Under the pieces are notes generated by a model. That model was not told the origin of the DNA. It did not search any database and saw only the letters and a program-made list of their open reading frames with translations. From NCBI GenBank assembly GCA_965112155.1, contig OZ218099.1: a stretch of DNA of 64,000 nucleotides. One strand, 5' to 3'. This DNA is from Podarcis liolepis (lineage: Eukaryota). The position numbers were made by a program, and so were the translations under genes. Below, in pieces: positions 63,263 to 64,000 of this stretch. Positions within the stretch are counted from its first letter, which is position 1. The number at the start of each line of letters is the position of its first letter.

Positions 63263-63799
63263 AAGTACAGGCAAAGGATTCACTGTTATGATTTTATGTA
63301 GCCAATGCTGGCTAATGTGATTAGTATAAATCACATGAGATGTCTGAGAAGGGTGTGGGAACGGAAGACTGTCTTATCTCTTCCGTCTGAGAGTGTTATT
63401 GGACTGTACTTTCGCTTTTGCTGTATGCTTTCTGTTTCTGCCAGAGTTTGGAGAACACAGACGCGATTATGGATTCTCTGTATATATTGTGAGTAAAACA
63501 TAGTTTAGATCTACGAATGTTTCTATCTTCTTGCTGTGTGATGCCAGAAGACTTGTGTGCACTTTTCATATGAGAAGTGTCGCAGAGGGGCACTCTGGAG
63601 TGAAGGGACATGCCATTCCAGAGACGTGCCTACTGGGAGATGCTCGGAGGTACTGGGGGTCTGCCATCCCCCCCAGGAGTGTTTGCCAACATCCACCAGG
63701 GCCTACTCCCCATCTACCTGATGACGCCCTTGGCAGGGGCTCAGTGCTTCCTACTCTGCTCACTATCAACAGTGCTCCACTCTGCACCCCAGTACTTAC

Positions 63800-63868
63800 C
63801 ATACCCAAGATTTTCCCTGAAGTACTCAATAGGGGGAATGTGTCTCCTCCTGCCTGAAGGTCTTGGAT
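63800..63868 (-). CDS. ENDOV: Endonuclease V, internal exon
   Basis: TAG acceptor and GTAAGT donor on the minus strand. 69 nt encoding IQDLQAGGDTFPLLSTSGKILGM, matching the ENDOV GDxFPL...SG.xLGM segment. Confidence 0.92.
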
Positions 63869-64000
63869 CTAGAATACAATAGGTTTGTTGCAGCTAAAAT
63901 GAGTCCATGGGGTTTATAAACTTGATCGTAAAGTGACTTCCTAGAATTCCTTCTGCTTTAAGAGGTTGGGATCCAACAACCTAATATCCCCCCTCACTTC

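Overview
Vertebrate genomic DNA, most likely a squamate and probably a lacertid lizard, judged from Sauria/Squam-type SINEs, BovB, L2 and Penelope-like repeats. The window holds the 3' ends of two convergent genes. NPTX1 (neuronal pentraxin 1) is on the + strand, with its last two coding exons at 1002-1181 and 3464-3685 and a probable ~4 kb 3'UTR ending near 7775. ENDOV (endonuclease V) is on the - strand, with exons at 63800-63868, 62792-62920 and 56150-56220 and a probable further exon starting at 55900. The ~48 kb between them has no protein-coding gene I can support. It is a mosaic of SINEs, truncated LINEs, solo LTRs, MITEs (several nested) and TE-free blocks that look like enhancers. Almost all ORFs in the supplied track are spurious or TE-derived. 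I found no convincing new multi-gene system. The most unusual signals are (i) a repeated non-canonical REST/RE1 half-site arrangement in the NPTX1 3'UTR, (ii) a 172-bp segment duplicated in two consecutive NPTX1 introns, (iii) a composite MITE that has captured an L2 tail and appears to move as a unit, and (iv) a 60-bp palindromic tandem array inside nested mariner-type elements. Family assignments are from recognition by eye, not from database searches.
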